Notes: generated from the sequence alone by a model not told the origin. A stretch of 64,000 bases of DNA from an uncultured candidate division Zixibacteria bacterium (GCA_963668625.2 CAXXKA010000008.1:224001-288000); one strand, 5' to 3'. Positions 1 to 10,579 are shown, counted from the stretch's first letter. Program-made: numbers and translations.

Positions 1-2253
1 GGTATCATTGAATATTCTATCCTCTCCACACGGGCAGCTATCAATTAAATAGCCAGCAAATGAATTAAACCGCGGATCAGTATCGCAATAATCAATTGTC
101 ACCTGCATTGTTTGTGAAGTTGTAAATTTAATCCAAGATTCGGCGAAACCAATTGCAGAACAATCGTTCGTTGATCCGAGATTATTTCCTGTTATCGTAA
201 CTGGATTTTCAGAAACGAGAGTACCGGCATCAGTAGCGTTTTCACAATCATCATTTGCCGGTGGTGGCGGGCAGGTGACTCCTGTAATATTCAGTACGTA
301 ATCACCATTAAGGCTGCTGTTATTGAAAATCGGATAGTAGTAAGTTCCCACCGGTAATCCTAACCAGGTCAATTTCGTATTATCATCAGGGCAGCTCTCA
401 CTGGAATTATTGTCTATAGATTCATCACACGGGCATGATTGATACAAAGCCAAGTTCACATCGTAGTATTCAGCAGGTGGTGTAGTACCGCAGTAATCGA
501 TAGTGACATCCATGCGCTCATTGAGCGAGAATTTGACCCAAACCTCCGGATCATAATGATTATAGCAATCCTGAGTAGCGTTTTCATTATTGCCTGTAAG
601 CTGCACACTAACGCCGCTCTGTAAAGTCCCGGCATCCGTGGCATCTTCGCAATTATCATTTTCAAGTGGTGGCGGCGCTTCGCCTATAGTTAGCAAACCA
701 TCTCCGGCAACGCCGTTTCTCCCGCCAACTTCAATTAGGTATTGATTTCCTAGCTCAACAGAAAAATCAATCCTTGAATCTGAGGTACAACCTAACTCGG
801 CAGGCAAAGGTGAGCATGATGCGCCATCATACACAGCCATTTGATCTCTATACTCAGCGTCAATTGATAGCCTGGCATTCCCCGTGAAAGTAGCCGTATA
901 AACATACCATACATTTGGCGAACTCATACAATAGCCTTCACCATCAAATGTAGCCCCGCGAGTTGTGTATTCAAGTTCGTCAACCTCGCCAACGGCTAAG
1001 GCGTTTACACACTCATCATTTGCCGGCGGAGGTGGACATTCCTGGCCGGTTATACGAATAGTGTATTCCTCACTGTAAAGGGCATTGGTAAGAACCGGAT
1101 AATAATACGTTCCTGCAACAAGGCTTTCCCAGGTGTAGGACGGATTATAATTGCCGCAATCGCTTCGCTGATTGACATAGTATTGGTTATCGCAGGGACA
1201 TGAACCATATATGAACTCGGAAACGTTAGAATTGACATTTTCCGGATCAGCGCAGAAATCAATAGTAACGTCCATACATTCGGCTATCGTAAACTTAACC
1301 CAGACCTCGGGATCATAATGATTATAACAATCCTGAGTAGCACTTGTTACGGAACCGGTTATCAGGACAGTAGAATCTGCCAGAAGTGTTCCGGCATCAG
1401 TGGCATTCGCGCAATCATCATTGGGCGCGGGCGGCGGAGCTTCACCTATTGTCAGGAAGCCATCACCAACAGAGCTATATTGTCCACCGACTTCTATCAG
1501 GTACTGCTGTCCCATAATAACATCAAACTCAAACTGAGATTGAGATGTACAGCATAGCTGAGTGGGTAAGGGAGAGCAGGCATAACCATCATAAACCGCG
1601 AACTTTTTTTGATAGCCGGCTTCGATGCTTAACCTGGCTCTACCTGAGAAAGTAGGAGTATAAATATACCAGATATTCGGCGAACTTATACAACTACTTT
1701 CGCCATCGAATGACGCACCACGCGTGGTAAAAGCTAATTCGGATATCTCTCCAATAGCGCCGGCATTGGCACAATCATCATTAAACGGCGGTGGCGGACA
1801 ATCTTCACCGGTTATATTGACTATATAATTCTCGCCCATCATCCCCATTGCATCGATATAGTAATAGTAAGTACCTGCGGCAAGATTGTACCAGGTATAA
1901 ATCGGATTGTAATTATTACATTGATCCATAGCGATTGTCTGATGTTCTCCAAGGCAGGGACAATCATCATATACGATATTCGATGACATCATTATGTTAT
2001 CAGGGCTATCGCAGAAATCAATGGTAACATCCATGCAATCAGCAATCGTGAATTTAACCCAGACCTCATTTGTCATACACTCTGGAGTTGCATCAACAAC
2101 AGATCCTGACAATTGCTCGGTAACACCTGAAGTTAACGTACCGGCGTCTGTTGCATTGACACAATCATCATTTACAGGCGGATCAGCGAACGTCGCAACT
2201 GCAAAAACGGAGCATATTGCTGCTGTTAATATTAAGAGTAATTGTCTTTTCAT
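1..2253 (-). CDS. Secreted Cys-rich repeat protein ('NDDC.NA' domains), 5' part only; paralog of 23076..25895; runs off the left edge
   Basis: Not in the ORF track because it has no stop in the window. Manual translation from ATG 2253 (RBS GGGAGAGAGG): MKRQLLLILTAAICSVFAVATFA-DPPVNDDCVNATDAGTLTSG...EVWVKFTIADCMDVTIDFCD, collinear with the 939-aa protein. Confidence 0.88.
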   Translation of the reverse strand, partial: MKRQLLLILTAAICSVFAVATFADPPVNDDCVNATDAGTLTSGVTEQLSGSVVDATPECMTNEVWVKFTIADCMDVTIDFCDSPDNIMMSSNIVYDDCPCLGEHQTIAMDQCNNYNPIYTWYNLAAGTYYYYIDAMGMMGENYIVNITGEDCPPPPFNDDCANAGAIGEISELAFTTRGASFDGESSCISSPNIWYIYTPTFSGRARLSIEAGYQKKFAVYDGYACSPLPTQLCCTSQSQFEFDVIMGQQYLIEVGGQYSSVGDGFLTIGEAPPPAPNDDCANATDAGTLLADSTVLITGSVTSATQDCYNHYDPEVWVKFTIAECMDVTIDFCADPENVNSNVSEFIYGSCPCDNQYYVNQRSDCGNYNPSYTWESLVAGTYYYPVLTNALYSEEYTIRITGQECPPPPANDECVNALAVGEVDELEYTTRGATFDGEGYCMSSPNVWYVYTATFTGNARLSIDAEYRDQMAVYDGASCSPLPAELGCTSDSRIDFSVELGNQYLIEVGGRNGVAGDGLLTIGEAPPPLENDNCEDATDAGTLQSGVSVQLTGNNENATQDCYNHYDPEVWVKFSLNERMDVTIDYCGTTPPAEYYDVNLALYQSCPCDESIDNNSSESCPDDNTKLTWLGLPVGTYYYPIFNNSSLNGDYVLNITGVTCPPPPANDDCENATDAGTLVSENPVTITGNNLGSTNDCSAIGFAESWIKFTTSQTMQVTIDYCDTDPRFNSFAGYLIDSCPCGEDRIFNDT

Positions 2254-2353
2254 AGCCTCTCTCCCTATCCGTATTGCCAGGATCCCGCAATTCTATTTCT
2301 GGCACTACAAGGAAATTGTTTTTTCTGCATTAATTCGTTAAGCTTGCTTAGTA

Positions 2354-2428
2354 CCGGGAATACATTCCCGATAGTTCGTTCCTTTGCCGTCAGATAGTTT
2401 TAATCTGACGGCTTTTCATTACCTGACT
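2354..2428. promoter_or_regulatory. Conserved two-hairpin intergenic element (copy A)
   Basis: CGGGAAT/ATTCCCG stem, then GCCGTCAGAT/ATCTGACGGC stem, TTTT, then ACCTGACTT. Homologous to 13035-13120 and 25963-26043. Confidence 0.6.
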
Positions 2429-2485
2429 TACCTGTTGTTAAAATTTGCTGTTAAAACTAAAATTATCAGTTTCCTTGAAAACTTA

Positions 2486-4165
2486 CTATTTCAAAAGAAG
2501 CATTTGGTTGCTTATGGTAATGTCCGAGGTTTCGATACGATAGAAATACATACCCGAACTAACGACCTCACCGGAATTATCCGTGCCGTTCCAGGTCAAA
2601 TGATGAGTTCCAGCAGATAACGTACCGTTATAAAGCGTATTCACCCTGCGGCCCATGATATCGTAAATCGAAAGTACAATATCATCTTTTTGTTTTAGAG
2701 AGAACTGTATCGTGGTAGTAGCGTTGAATGGATTGGGATAGTTCTGCGCTAACGATACCATCACCGGTAATTTCTCCGTATCATCATCTACCGAAACAGT
2801 AGCGGCTTCCAGTTTGGCAATGAACACCTTACTGCGATCGTCCTCGTTCCAATATCCGCTACTATTATCCCACATTTGCGAGGAGACAAAGCCGGAGATC
2901 AGATAATTGCCATCATCAGCGAACTGCAAATCCCAAATTTCAATTGCCAGACTTCCCCATGAACTGTTAAGTTCCGGGAAATCATCTACATAAACCCGGG
3001 TGTAGGAACTGCCATCGTTGTTAACCTTCATAAGTATGGGCTCATAATGACGAGCGCCAACCATTGGATTCTCGGGAACAGGTTCATGAGCATATTGCTT
3101 GTTTCCGACTGAGATATATCCACTACCATCGGGGATTTCGCGCGCCGCGAAACAATAGGCAGCGGTATCCGGTACTCGGCCACCGCCGAGATAATCGGTA
3201 TAGTTAAATATTACCTCATTAAACTCGGAATCATATTTCATAACCGTATGGCAGGAGGAACGATCATATTCCCTGCCAAAATAGCGGCCGCCGATAAGAT
3301 ACTCACCATCGGATGTGATATGTATATCGTTAAACTCAGTCTCTTGCCTGCCGCAGACATTCGTCCAAACCGTATCACCATTGGCATCCAGTTTCATTAT
3401 GACTCCCCAGTCAGAGATATCATGTTCATCAGGATCAACATACTTGGTTTCTGCTCCGAGAATGAAACCGCCATCATCGGTGTTATCTGCGGCAAGGATA
3501 ATGAAATACTCATGATCCGGCAACGGTGAACAGTAATCTCTACACCAGACTTCGTCACCATCGGCATCGGCTTTTATGACAAATCCGGCTTCAGTATCGT
3601 TGTGCCCGTTGTAGCCAAATATAGCGTATCCGTCATCACCCGTATTAAGCAATTCATGTACGCGATAGACAGTGCTTTCTCCATAATAATTCGTCCAAAC
3701 GGTATCACCATAGGTATCTACTTTGTAAAGAAAAGCACCTTTGGAAAGTAATTGTCCATATTGATTTGTATAAAAGGCGAAACCAGCCAATACATAACCG
3801 CCATCTGAGGTTAAAACAACATCCCGGCCATAATATTCAAATGGAAGTTCCCAGCCGTACTGGCGCACCCACATCGTATCGAGGTTCTCATCAACTTTGA
3901 TAAGCATCGCTTTTGGAGGTTCACCGTCATTATCATAACAAACATTACCGGCAAAAATATAACCACCATCGGGAGTTTGTTTCATCGAGTAGCATTCGTA
4001 TTGGTCGATATCATCACCCTGGGAAAAATTATAAGTGTTGTACCAGATCACATCACCGAATTCGGCTTTGGCCGCTCCCGGTATCATCAACAACATCAGC
4101 AAAAATAATGATACTAAACCGATGCTTTTAATTGCCGTACCTGATTTTTTCTTTTGGTTTATCAT
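2486..4165 (-). CDS. Secreted beta-propeller-like repeat protein with T9SS-type-A/FlgD-like CTD
   Basis: Signal peptide, repeats of 'TxDGGY..AG...D..GDTxW', C-terminal LAQNYPNPFNATT...SGMYFYR. Start moved from 4198 to ATG 4165 (RBS AAAGGAG). Confidence 0.88.
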   Translation of the reverse strand: MINQKKKSGTAIKSIGLVSLFLLMLLMIPGAAKAEFGDVIWYNTYNFSQGDDIDQYECYSMKQTPDGGYIFAGNVCYDNDGEPPKAMLIKVDENLDTMWVRQYGWELPFEYYGRDVVLTSDGGYVLAGFAFYTNQYGQLLSKGAFLYKVDTYGDTVWTNYYGESTVYRVHELLNTGDDGYAIFGYNGHNDTEAGFVIKADADGDEVWCRDYCSPLPDHEYFIILAADNTDDGGFILGAETKYVDPDEHDISDWGVIMKLDANGDTVWTNVCGRQETEFNDIHITSDGEYLIGGRYFGREYDRSSCHTVMKYDSEFNEVIFNYTDYLGGGRVPDTAAYCFAAREIPDGSGYISVGNKQYAHEPVPENPMVGARHYEPILMKVNNDGSSYTRVYVDDFPELNSSWGSLAIEIWDLQFADDGNYLISGFVSSQMWDNSSGYWNEDDRSKVFIAKLEAATVSVDDDTEKLPVMVSLAQNYPNPFNATTTIQFSLKQKDDIVLSIYDIMGRRVNTLYNGTLSAGTHHLTWNGTDNSGEVVSSGMYFYRIETSDITISNQMLLLK

Positions 4166-4262
4166 TACGATTACTCCTTTGATTATTGTTACTTGCATTG
4201 AATTATTATTTTTACCATAATCGCTGATAAATTACTCCTTATCAACTAGCAATTTACCTCCC

Positions 4263-5201
4263 CTACTTCTTCAATCCTAATCTCATTATATACTCATCAT
4301 AATCTTCAGCTTGATTCCACAACGTCTCGAACAGAATTTTAAGAGATTTTGCCATCACCGGGTGACGAACGATTTGCGAGGTCGATTGAGGATTTCTCGG
4401 GACAGGATCGGATAATGAAAATATCGCGGCTTTTTCATCGAATATCGCCATTTTCATCGGCAACTCTTTCATGATCTTAATCCTCTCGCCGGACACGGCA
4501 TATTTATCTATGATATTTTCGAATAAAAACTTGTTTTCCGCTTCATCGGGTGATGGTTCATATATACATCTTACGACAAGACCCTTTTTAATAGCATTGG
4601 TACCGAATTTTACCTGTTGGTTTATTAAATTCTTACGTTTGAAATAAGTACCGGCCCTGTGCTTGACTAAAGATAATATCTCGGTCTCACTCTCATTTAC
4701 GAGCTGTTTGAATTTTCTTTCAACTTGAGTCGTATTTTTTAAAACTTCTATATAGTCAAGAACAAAATCCTTATCTTTATTTTCTTCATAGATTGGAGAA
4801 AGATTTTCAATTAACTTATCAACGTTCTTGATTTTTAATGTTAGGTTTTCTTTCTCCCGTTTTATGGTTAATTCGAGTTTATCTTTTTCTTTTTCAATCT
4901 CCTGCTCTAATTTTTCTCTTTTCAGCTTTATCTTTTCCTCCCCAATTCTCAGGAGAACGTCTTTAAGCTGCAAGGGGTCAACCGCAGAAAATAGTTTCTT
5001 TTTGCCTTTCACCACCTGGCATAATCCCTTATCCTCAAGTGATTTCAAATCATCATAAACACGCGTGCGAGGGATGTTGGCCAAACGGGCAATCTCAGTT
5101 GCCGATAGTTGCTTTTTTTGAAGAAGTGAGGTATATATCCCGACTTCGTAATTAGTGAGTCCTAATCCAACCAGACTACCAATTTCGAACTCATTAGCCA
5201 T
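4263..5201 (-). CDS. TrmB-family transcriptional regulator (copy 1)
   Basis: LGLTNYE...EIARLANIPRTRVYDDLKSLEDKGL wHTH, a coiled coil, and a C-terminal effector/PLD-like domain (LPMKMAIFD...FETLWNQA). Confidence 0.9.
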   Translation of the reverse strand: MANEFEIGSLVGLGLTNYEVGIYTSLLQKKQLSATEIARLANIPRTRVYDDLKSLEDKGLCQVVKGKKKLFSAVDPLQLKDVLLRIGEEKIKLKREKLEQEIEKEKDKLELTIKREKENLTLKIKNVDKLIENLSPIYEENKDKDFVLDYIEVLKNTTQVERKFKQLVNESETEILSLVKHRAGTYFKRKNLINQQVKFGTNAIKKGLVVRCIYEPSPDEAENKFLFENIIDKYAVSGERIKIMKELPMKMAIFDEKAAIFSLSDPVPRNPQSTSQIVRHPVMAKSLKILFETLWNQAEDYDEYIMRLGLKK

Positions 5202-5246
5202 TTCTTTTCTCTTTTCGCTTTAGTTAATCCGATGTCAGCATTTTTG

Positions 5247-5309
5247 TCGTACCCTTAATATTTTTATTCAGGTACGAATATAATATAGACAGAAATACTA
5301 TTGTGTCAA
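5247..5309 (-). promoter_or_regulatory. sigma70-type promoter and operator-like inverted repeat of TrmB copy 1
   Basis: TTGACA (5309-5304)-N16-TATATT (5287-5282); TCGTACC-N17-GGTACGA at 5247-5277. Confidence 0.7.
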
Positions 5310-5405
5310 GTAAAAACTATAACACGTTAATATACAATTAGTTCGGCGGCAGCCACAATCAAGACATGCTTAGGTCATACATATTTTAACCTATTTAAAT
5401 ATCAT

Positions 5406-5434
5406 AAAATAGGCGGCCCTTTTCAGAGCCGCCT
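5406..5434 (-). terminator. Intrinsic terminator closing a three-gene unit
   Basis: AGGCGGC...GCCGCCT stem followed by ATTTT on the minus strand. The same stem occurs at 10751, 16665 and 22981. Confidence 0.7.
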
Positions 5435-5810
5435 TTCGTAGATCAAGGTCAAAGTGTTAGAGCACTTTCAAGAAGTAGTAGCTGAGTTTAATTACTCGAA
5501 TCAGGAGTTCATTCACAATTAGGCCAACCATCGGGAGCCTCGGCCGGTAAATCGCCGCTGCTTTGCCAGGTTGGCTCATAATCCGGGCAGAAATGTAATT
5601 CGTTCGCGCCCCGGAAATATTGCACCAGGTAAGTGACATCAGCGCCGATTACCGAACAATCACCGTTAGCATCAGCCGAATTATAGAAACCACCGACCAG
5701 ACACGGTGCGGCGATAGCCCGGAAATAGTTCACCAGGTAGGTGACATCCGCGCCGATTACATTCGGCGGCCACGAGCCGGCAGCCATGTTGGCATCACCG
5801 GGGAGGTAGT
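5411..5810 (-). repeat. Near-identical dockerin-like cassette plus 3' UTR (copy 1)
   Basis: DNA nearly identical to 10751-11148 and 16665-17063. The coding core also matches about 23172-23375. Confidence 0.9.
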
Positions 5811-7071
5811 CGTAGGTAGTAGTGATGTTACAGCCAGACCAACCGGTCTCTTCAACATAGTCGCCGCAAGTTGATCTAGGTCCCATCCAAGTACCCTGCA
5901 TCATTACTATACAGTCAAACTCCCATACATCATTATAACAGGTCATGCCGTTATCAAGGCAGCAAGCTCCGGTAGACGGTCCAGAGTTACATCCGGAATA
6001 GCCGTTCTCGAAATCGAATTCGCCGCATTCAGAATCCGCGTTCATCCAGGTGCCGTCGAGGATTACACAACTATCTTCTTCAATTTCGAAACAGGTCATG
6101 CCTTCATTAAGACAGCAAGCACCCGTAGGCGGTGTTACGGTACATCCGGAATAGCCGGTCTCCTCATCATATTCACCGCATTCGGAATCAGCGCCCATCC
6201 AGGTACCACGCAACATTACCAAACACTCGTTTTCTTCCACATCATTATAGCAGGTCATGCCGTTATCAAGGCAGCAAGCGCCCGTAGGTGGCGTTGAGTT
6301 ACATCCGGGATAACCGTTCTCAGGATCATATTCACCGCATTCGGAATCAGCGCCCATCCAGGTGCCACGCATTATCCCTATACACTCGTTTTCTTCCATA
6401 TCATTATAGCAGGTCATGCCGTTATCAAGGCAGCAAGCGCCGGTAGGTGGTGTTGAGTTACATCCGGGATAACCGTTCTCAGGATCATATTCACCGCATT
6501 CGGAATCAGCGCCCATCCAGGTGCCACGCATTATCCCTATACACTCGTTTTCTTCCATATCATTGTAACAGGTCATGCCATCATCTAGGCAGCAAGCGCC
6601 CGTAGGCGGTGTTATTGTACATCCGGAATAGCCGTTCTCCTCATCATATTCACCGCACTCGGAATCAGCGCCCATCCAGGCGCCGTTAAGGATTACACAA
6701 CTATCTCTTTCAACTTCGTAACAGGTCATGCCTTCTTCAAGGCAGCAAGCGCCGGTAGGTGGTGTTGAGTTACATCCGGGATAACCATTCTCAGGATCAT
6801 ATTCACCGCATTCGGAATCAGCGCCCATCCAGGTGCCCCTTAGAATATTTATGCAGTAATCTTCGGTGACAGCATTAGAACAATCCCAACCATCATCCAT
6901 ACAACAGGCACCAGTTGATTTTTGCCCGAATTGAATGGTTATATCCGATTCGAGGATTCCCCCGGCGTTTGCCTTGATAATACCTTCATTTGGCGTCATA
7001 TCAGCAATTACCACGGCAATACCGAAAAACCACAAGACACACACCAATAACAATAGTATTTTATTGCACAT
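5509..7071 (-). CDS. Secreted acidic Cys-rich protein: 7 GACC repeats (about 53 aa) plus C-terminal dockerin-like domain
   Basis: Signal peptide, seven GACC...TWM(G/N)...CG...GC units, tail YLPGDAN...ADVTYLVNYF...ADANGDCSVIGADVTYLVQYF. Confidence 0.88.
   Translation of the reverse strand: MCNKILLLLVCVLWFFGIAVVIADMTPNEGIIKANAGGILESDITIQFGQKSTGACCMDDGWDCSNAVTEDYCINILRGTWMGADSECGEYDPENGYPGCNSTPPTGACCLEEGMTCYEVERDSCVILNGAWMGADSECGEYDEENGYSGCTITPPTGACCLDDGMTCYNDMEENECIGIMRGTWMGADSECGEYDPENGYPGCNSTPPTGACCLDNGMTCYNDMEENECIGIMRGTWMGADSECGEYDPENGYPGCNSTPPTGACCLDNGMTCYNDVEENECLVMLRGTWMGADSECGEYDEETGYSGCTVTPPTGACCLNEGMTCFEIEEDSCVILDGTWMNADSECGEFDFENGYSGCNSGPSTGACCLDNGMTCYNDVWEFDCIVMMQGTWMGPRSTCGDYVEETGWSGCNITTTYDYLPGDANMAAGSWPPNVIGADVTYLVNYFRAIAAPCLVGGFYNSADANGDCSVIGADVTYLVQYFRGANELHFCPDYEPTWQSSGDLPAEAPDGWPNCE
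5830..6913 (-). repeat. Intragenic tandem repeat, about 156-159 bp unit, 7 copies
   Basis: Recurrent 'ttcaccgcattcggaatcagcgcccatccagg' and 'gcagcaagcgcc' blocks. Confidence 0.9.
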
Positions 7072-7380
7072 ACTATCCTCCTTAAATTAATAAGTCTGGT
7101 TAATCGTTCTGTTTTTAATAGTTTCCTGATCAAGGCCGGCTAACTTTAACCTGATTTCCGCAGCATGCCTTGATGAGATTAAAAATTGACTTTTCTTAGA
7201 CCTGATCGCCTCTTTTTGGGTTTTTAAGTTTTAGTTTGCTTATTGGTTCTCAATATATGTTTCTTGCCATTTTTTATTCTGCCCTTTTTCAAGCGGCAGC
7301 TTGGAATAAGTGCGCCGCCAACCTGCCGCCTTTACACTTTATCTTTAAGATAAAACCTTAAATATTTTTGTGTTGGATCG

Positions 7381-9576
7381 TTACTTCAATAATATCATCT
7401 TCCTTGTTTCCGAGATTTGAGGAGTAGTGATTTTATACAAGTATACACCTGATGATATATTGTTACCGTTGTTATTGCGGCCATTCCATATTAAGGAATG
7501 CTGACCAACCGGCATTGCTTCGATTGTTTTTGAATACACAAGCTGCCCCATAATGTTGTAGACATCAAAATCAACATCACATTGCCGGGGCAGGTCAAAC
7601 GATATCCGGGTAGTGGCATTAAACGGATTAGGATAATTCTGGGATAATGCAATACGGGACGGAACGGGTGAAGGTTCCGATGGTATATCGTTAACGCTCT
7701 CACCATAAACGGATATGCCTCCTTGCCAATGTCCCATATATTTTAAACTGTTGGTAGGATCTATCGTAAGGCATGTAATGTTTTCATCGCTTAAACCGGA
7801 GTTATTCATATGATAGGTATACCAGTTATTATCACTAAAACTCGCTAATCCTTTGAGTGTACCTACCCACATTGTGTCATTATAAAATTCTATTGCTTTA
7901 ATACGAGGATCCGGAATATCTGAGTTACCCGGGTGGTAAACAATTAAACTATCCCCATTAAAACAACCCAATCCACCAGACGACGCTCCTATCCAGAGAT
8001 CACCATCCGGCGCAAAAGCCAGACATTCGATGGATATTTCATGAACAATATCAGAATACTCCTGCCAATTAGTGCCGTCAAAAGAAGCTAATCCCATATA
8101 AGTTCCAAACCAGACCGTTCCATGAGCATCTATCGCAGTTGTATACACTTCATTACTGGGTAAAGCGGAATTTTCAGTATTGTAAATAGTCCAGTTCGTG
8201 TCATCAAAGTAGGCTACTCCGTTGTTTGTGGTTATCCATTTCGAACCATCTGTATCGACTATAATACAGAAAACATTTTCAGAAGGCAGCGGCGAGTTCG
8301 AAGATGTAAAATGAGTAATATTTAAACCCTCCATTTTTGTTAAACCGCCTGAGCCGTCCCACGAACTGGTTGAGCCAATCCAGGTAATATTGTCATCTTC
8401 AAAGGCAATCGTTTTTACAGAGTTAGCGCCATTAGCCAAAATTGAATCAGGGAAAATTACCCATTCGTCATTATTATTGAATTTAGCAAGGCCATCAGCA
8501 GTACCCGCCCAGATCCATCCATTATGATATTCAATCGCGTTCATCCCATTGGAAGGTAAGGAAGGACAGATACTGGTATTGTAAGATTCCCATTCCGTAT
8601 CGCCGTCAAAACTAACAACACCGCAACTTTTCGTGCCGATTAATATTTTACCATTAGCGGAACAGGTAATAGAGAAAATCTGGTTATCAGTTAATCCTGA
8701 ATTAGATGTGTTATACACTTCGTAATTCTCGCCATCAAAGCTGCCTATACCATTATGCATCATACCCATCCACTTTACATTATCATCATCAACATCCAGG
8801 CAATAAATCGTTCTAGGTATTCCGTAGCCATCGGCGTACGATGTAAAGGAGGATCCATCGAAAGAATACAAAATTGAATTTCCCCCACGACCACCGATTA
8901 ACCATAATAATGATTCACTATCTAGGGCAATTGAACTAAATCCGCCGAATTGGCTGAAGTTTGTCCAGTTGGTTCCATCGTAACGTGTTAATCCTTGATC
9001 CGATGCAACCCAGACAACATTTCCCGGTTGTGTTCTAATAGAATTTATTACACCGTTCAGTATTACAGAGTATGAAGAATCAAATACTTCCCAATCGGTA
9101 CCATCGTAAGTAAAAACGCTTTTACGTTCGGTTCCGATCCAGAGATTTCCGTTTTCGTCAACATCAAGGCAAGTTATTCTATCACCATAAGTAATTGGCG
9201 AATTCTCCGGGGTAAACACGGTCCAATCAGAATCATCATAGCGAATTAAGGCAGTCACTAATGAATCTCCTCCAGAAGCTACCCGGTAACTCGAGGCAAA
9301 CCACTTTACCCCGGAATCATCAACTGCAATATCAATGACCCTGTTATATTTAACCGGCGAGTTAGCTGCATTATAAAATTCCGTTTCGTGGGTGATACTG
9401 TTAATCTTAACCAGGCCTACTGATGTGCCGGCCCAGATAATATCGCCATCAACCGCCTGGCAATCTATATAGTCCCCATTCGTGTATTGCCGCCAATCGG
9501 GATATTGACCCATAACAGTATTTGGGCTAAGACTAAAAACGATGATAAGCGATAATAAACTCCAAAACACCTTCAT
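7381..9576 (-). CDS. Secreted beta-propeller protein (two-component-regulator-propeller/PorZ-like repeats) with T9SS-type-A/FlgD-like CTD
   Basis: Repeats of 'W..YNTxNSxLxxNxI..I..D..G..WxGT..GL..FDG'; C-terminal LSQNYPNPFNATT. Confidence 0.88.
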   Translation of the reverse strand: MKVFWSLLSLIIVFSLSPNTVMGQYPDWRQYTNGDYIDCQAVDGDIIWAGTSVGLVKINSITHETEFYNAANSPVKYNRVIDIAVDDSGVKWFASSYRVASGGDSLVTALIRYDDSDWTVFTPENSPITYGDRITCLDVDENGNLWIGTERKSVFTYDGTDWEVFDSSYSVILNGVINSIRTQPGNVVWVASDQGLTRYDGTNWTNFSQFGGFSSIALDSESLLWLIGGRGGNSILYSFDGSSFTSYADGYGIPRTIYCLDVDDDNVKWMGMMHNGIGSFDGENYEVYNTSNSGLTDNQIFSITCSANGKILIGTKSCGVVSFDGDTEWESYNTSICPSLPSNGMNAIEYHNGWIWAGTADGLAKFNNNDEWVIFPDSILANGANSVKTIAFEDDNITWIGSTSSWDGSGGLTKMEGLNITHFTSSNSPLPSENVFCIIVDTDGSKWITTNNGVAYFDDTNWTIYNTENSALPSNEVYTTAIDAHGTVWFGTYMGLASFDGTNWQEYSDIVHEISIECLAFAPDGDLWIGASSGGLGCFNGDSLIVYHPGNSDIPDPRIKAIEFYNDTMWVGTLKGLASFSDNNWYTYHMNNSGLSDENITCLTIDPTNSLKYMGHWQGGISVYGESVNDIPSEPSPVPSRIALSQNYPNPFNATTRISFDLPRQCDVDFDVYNIMGQLVYSKTIEAMPVGQHSLIWNGRNNNGNNISSGVYLYKITTPQISETRKMILLK

Positions 9577-9616
9577 GATTCCTCCTGCCGTTTGTTGCAG
9601 TGCGCCTAAGTTATTT

Positions 9617-10570
9617 TTAATCTACATATTTATTATTTTTTTTGTCTTGCATGTCTTTTAATGCCTTATCTTTATCGAGGTAGTATTTGCGACCATCGAG
9701 CATGTAATAATCAATACCTTTTTTCCAATAAGCCTCGAACATTTCTTTTTGCGATTCAGCCATGGCTTGATGTTTTATCACGAGGCTGGTTAATGCAAGC
9801 TCTCCTAAAATCGGGTATTCAAGCGTAATTAAAACAGTCTTATCATCGAAAATACCAATTTTCATTGGGAGATTTTTGCTTAATCTAACTTCTTCATATT
9901 CGGGTTCATATTGCTTATTAATAAATCTCAACAAATCGTCCAGTTCAGATTTTTTAGTAGGCAATTGATGAATGCTTTTCAGTTTTACACCTCGTTGCAA
10001 GGCCTCCGTAAAAGCATTGTCTAATTCTTTTATTAATTTCTTGCCAACGGTAGCAAACGGAGGCTTGGAAAATCCCAAGATTTCTGATTTAGCCTCATTG
10101 CAAAGCTGGATTTTTCTGCGATGGATTTGATCTTTACTTTTAAGGATTTCGACATAATCAAGGGGATTATCATTGCCTCGACTATTTTTATAGAGAGTCC
10201 CCAGTTCCTTGATTACCACAGCTATATCTTCACCAAGATGAAATTCTCTTTTAGATATTTCCTTCTTTTTTTCCTCCAGTTCTTGAAGATCGTTTTCGAC
10301 AGAATTTTTAAATTCTATCAATGCCCGATCTTTTAAGAAACGCGGATCTGAGGCTGAATAAAGTTTTATATTGCCCGGAATCGAAACGACCAGTCCTTTG
10401 ATCAACAGTTTATCCAATGCCTTATAGGTGTTTTGCCGCGGAACCCCACTTATTTTTGAAGTCTCGCTAGCTGTTAATGAATCCTTCTTAAATAGTGCGA
10501 TATAACATTTGGCTTCATTTTCAGTAAGGTTTAACTTTTCTATTGTTTTTAAAATTTCTCTTTCATTCAT
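9617..10570 (-). CDS. TrmB-family transcriptional regulator (copy 2)
   Basis: LNLTENEAKCYIAL...SGVPRQNTYKALDKL wHTH; LPMKIGIFD...FEAYWKKG. Confidence 0.9.
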   Translation of the reverse strand: MNEREILKTIEKLNLTENEAKCYIALFKKDSLTASETSKISGVPRQNTYKALDKLLIKGLVVSIPGNIKLYSASDPRFLKDRALIEFKNSVENDLQELEEKKKEISKREFHLGEDIAVVIKELGTLYKNSRGNDNPLDYVEILKSKDQIHRRKIQLCNEAKSEILGFSKPPFATVGKKLIKELDNAFTEALQRGVKLKSIHQLPTKKSELDDLLRFINKQYEPEYEEVRLSKNLPMKIGIFDDKTVLITLEYPILGELALTSLVIKHQAMAESQKEMFEAYWKKGIDYYMLDGRKYYLDKDKALKDMQDKKNNKYVD

Positions 10571-10579
10571 TTTGAATTC

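Noticed and set aside
5435-5511. TGA stop followed by hairpins as a possible selenocysteine/SECIS readthrough
   Set aside because: Homologous tails end in TAG (23076) and TAA (52491) at the same position, and the downstream frame is not conserved.
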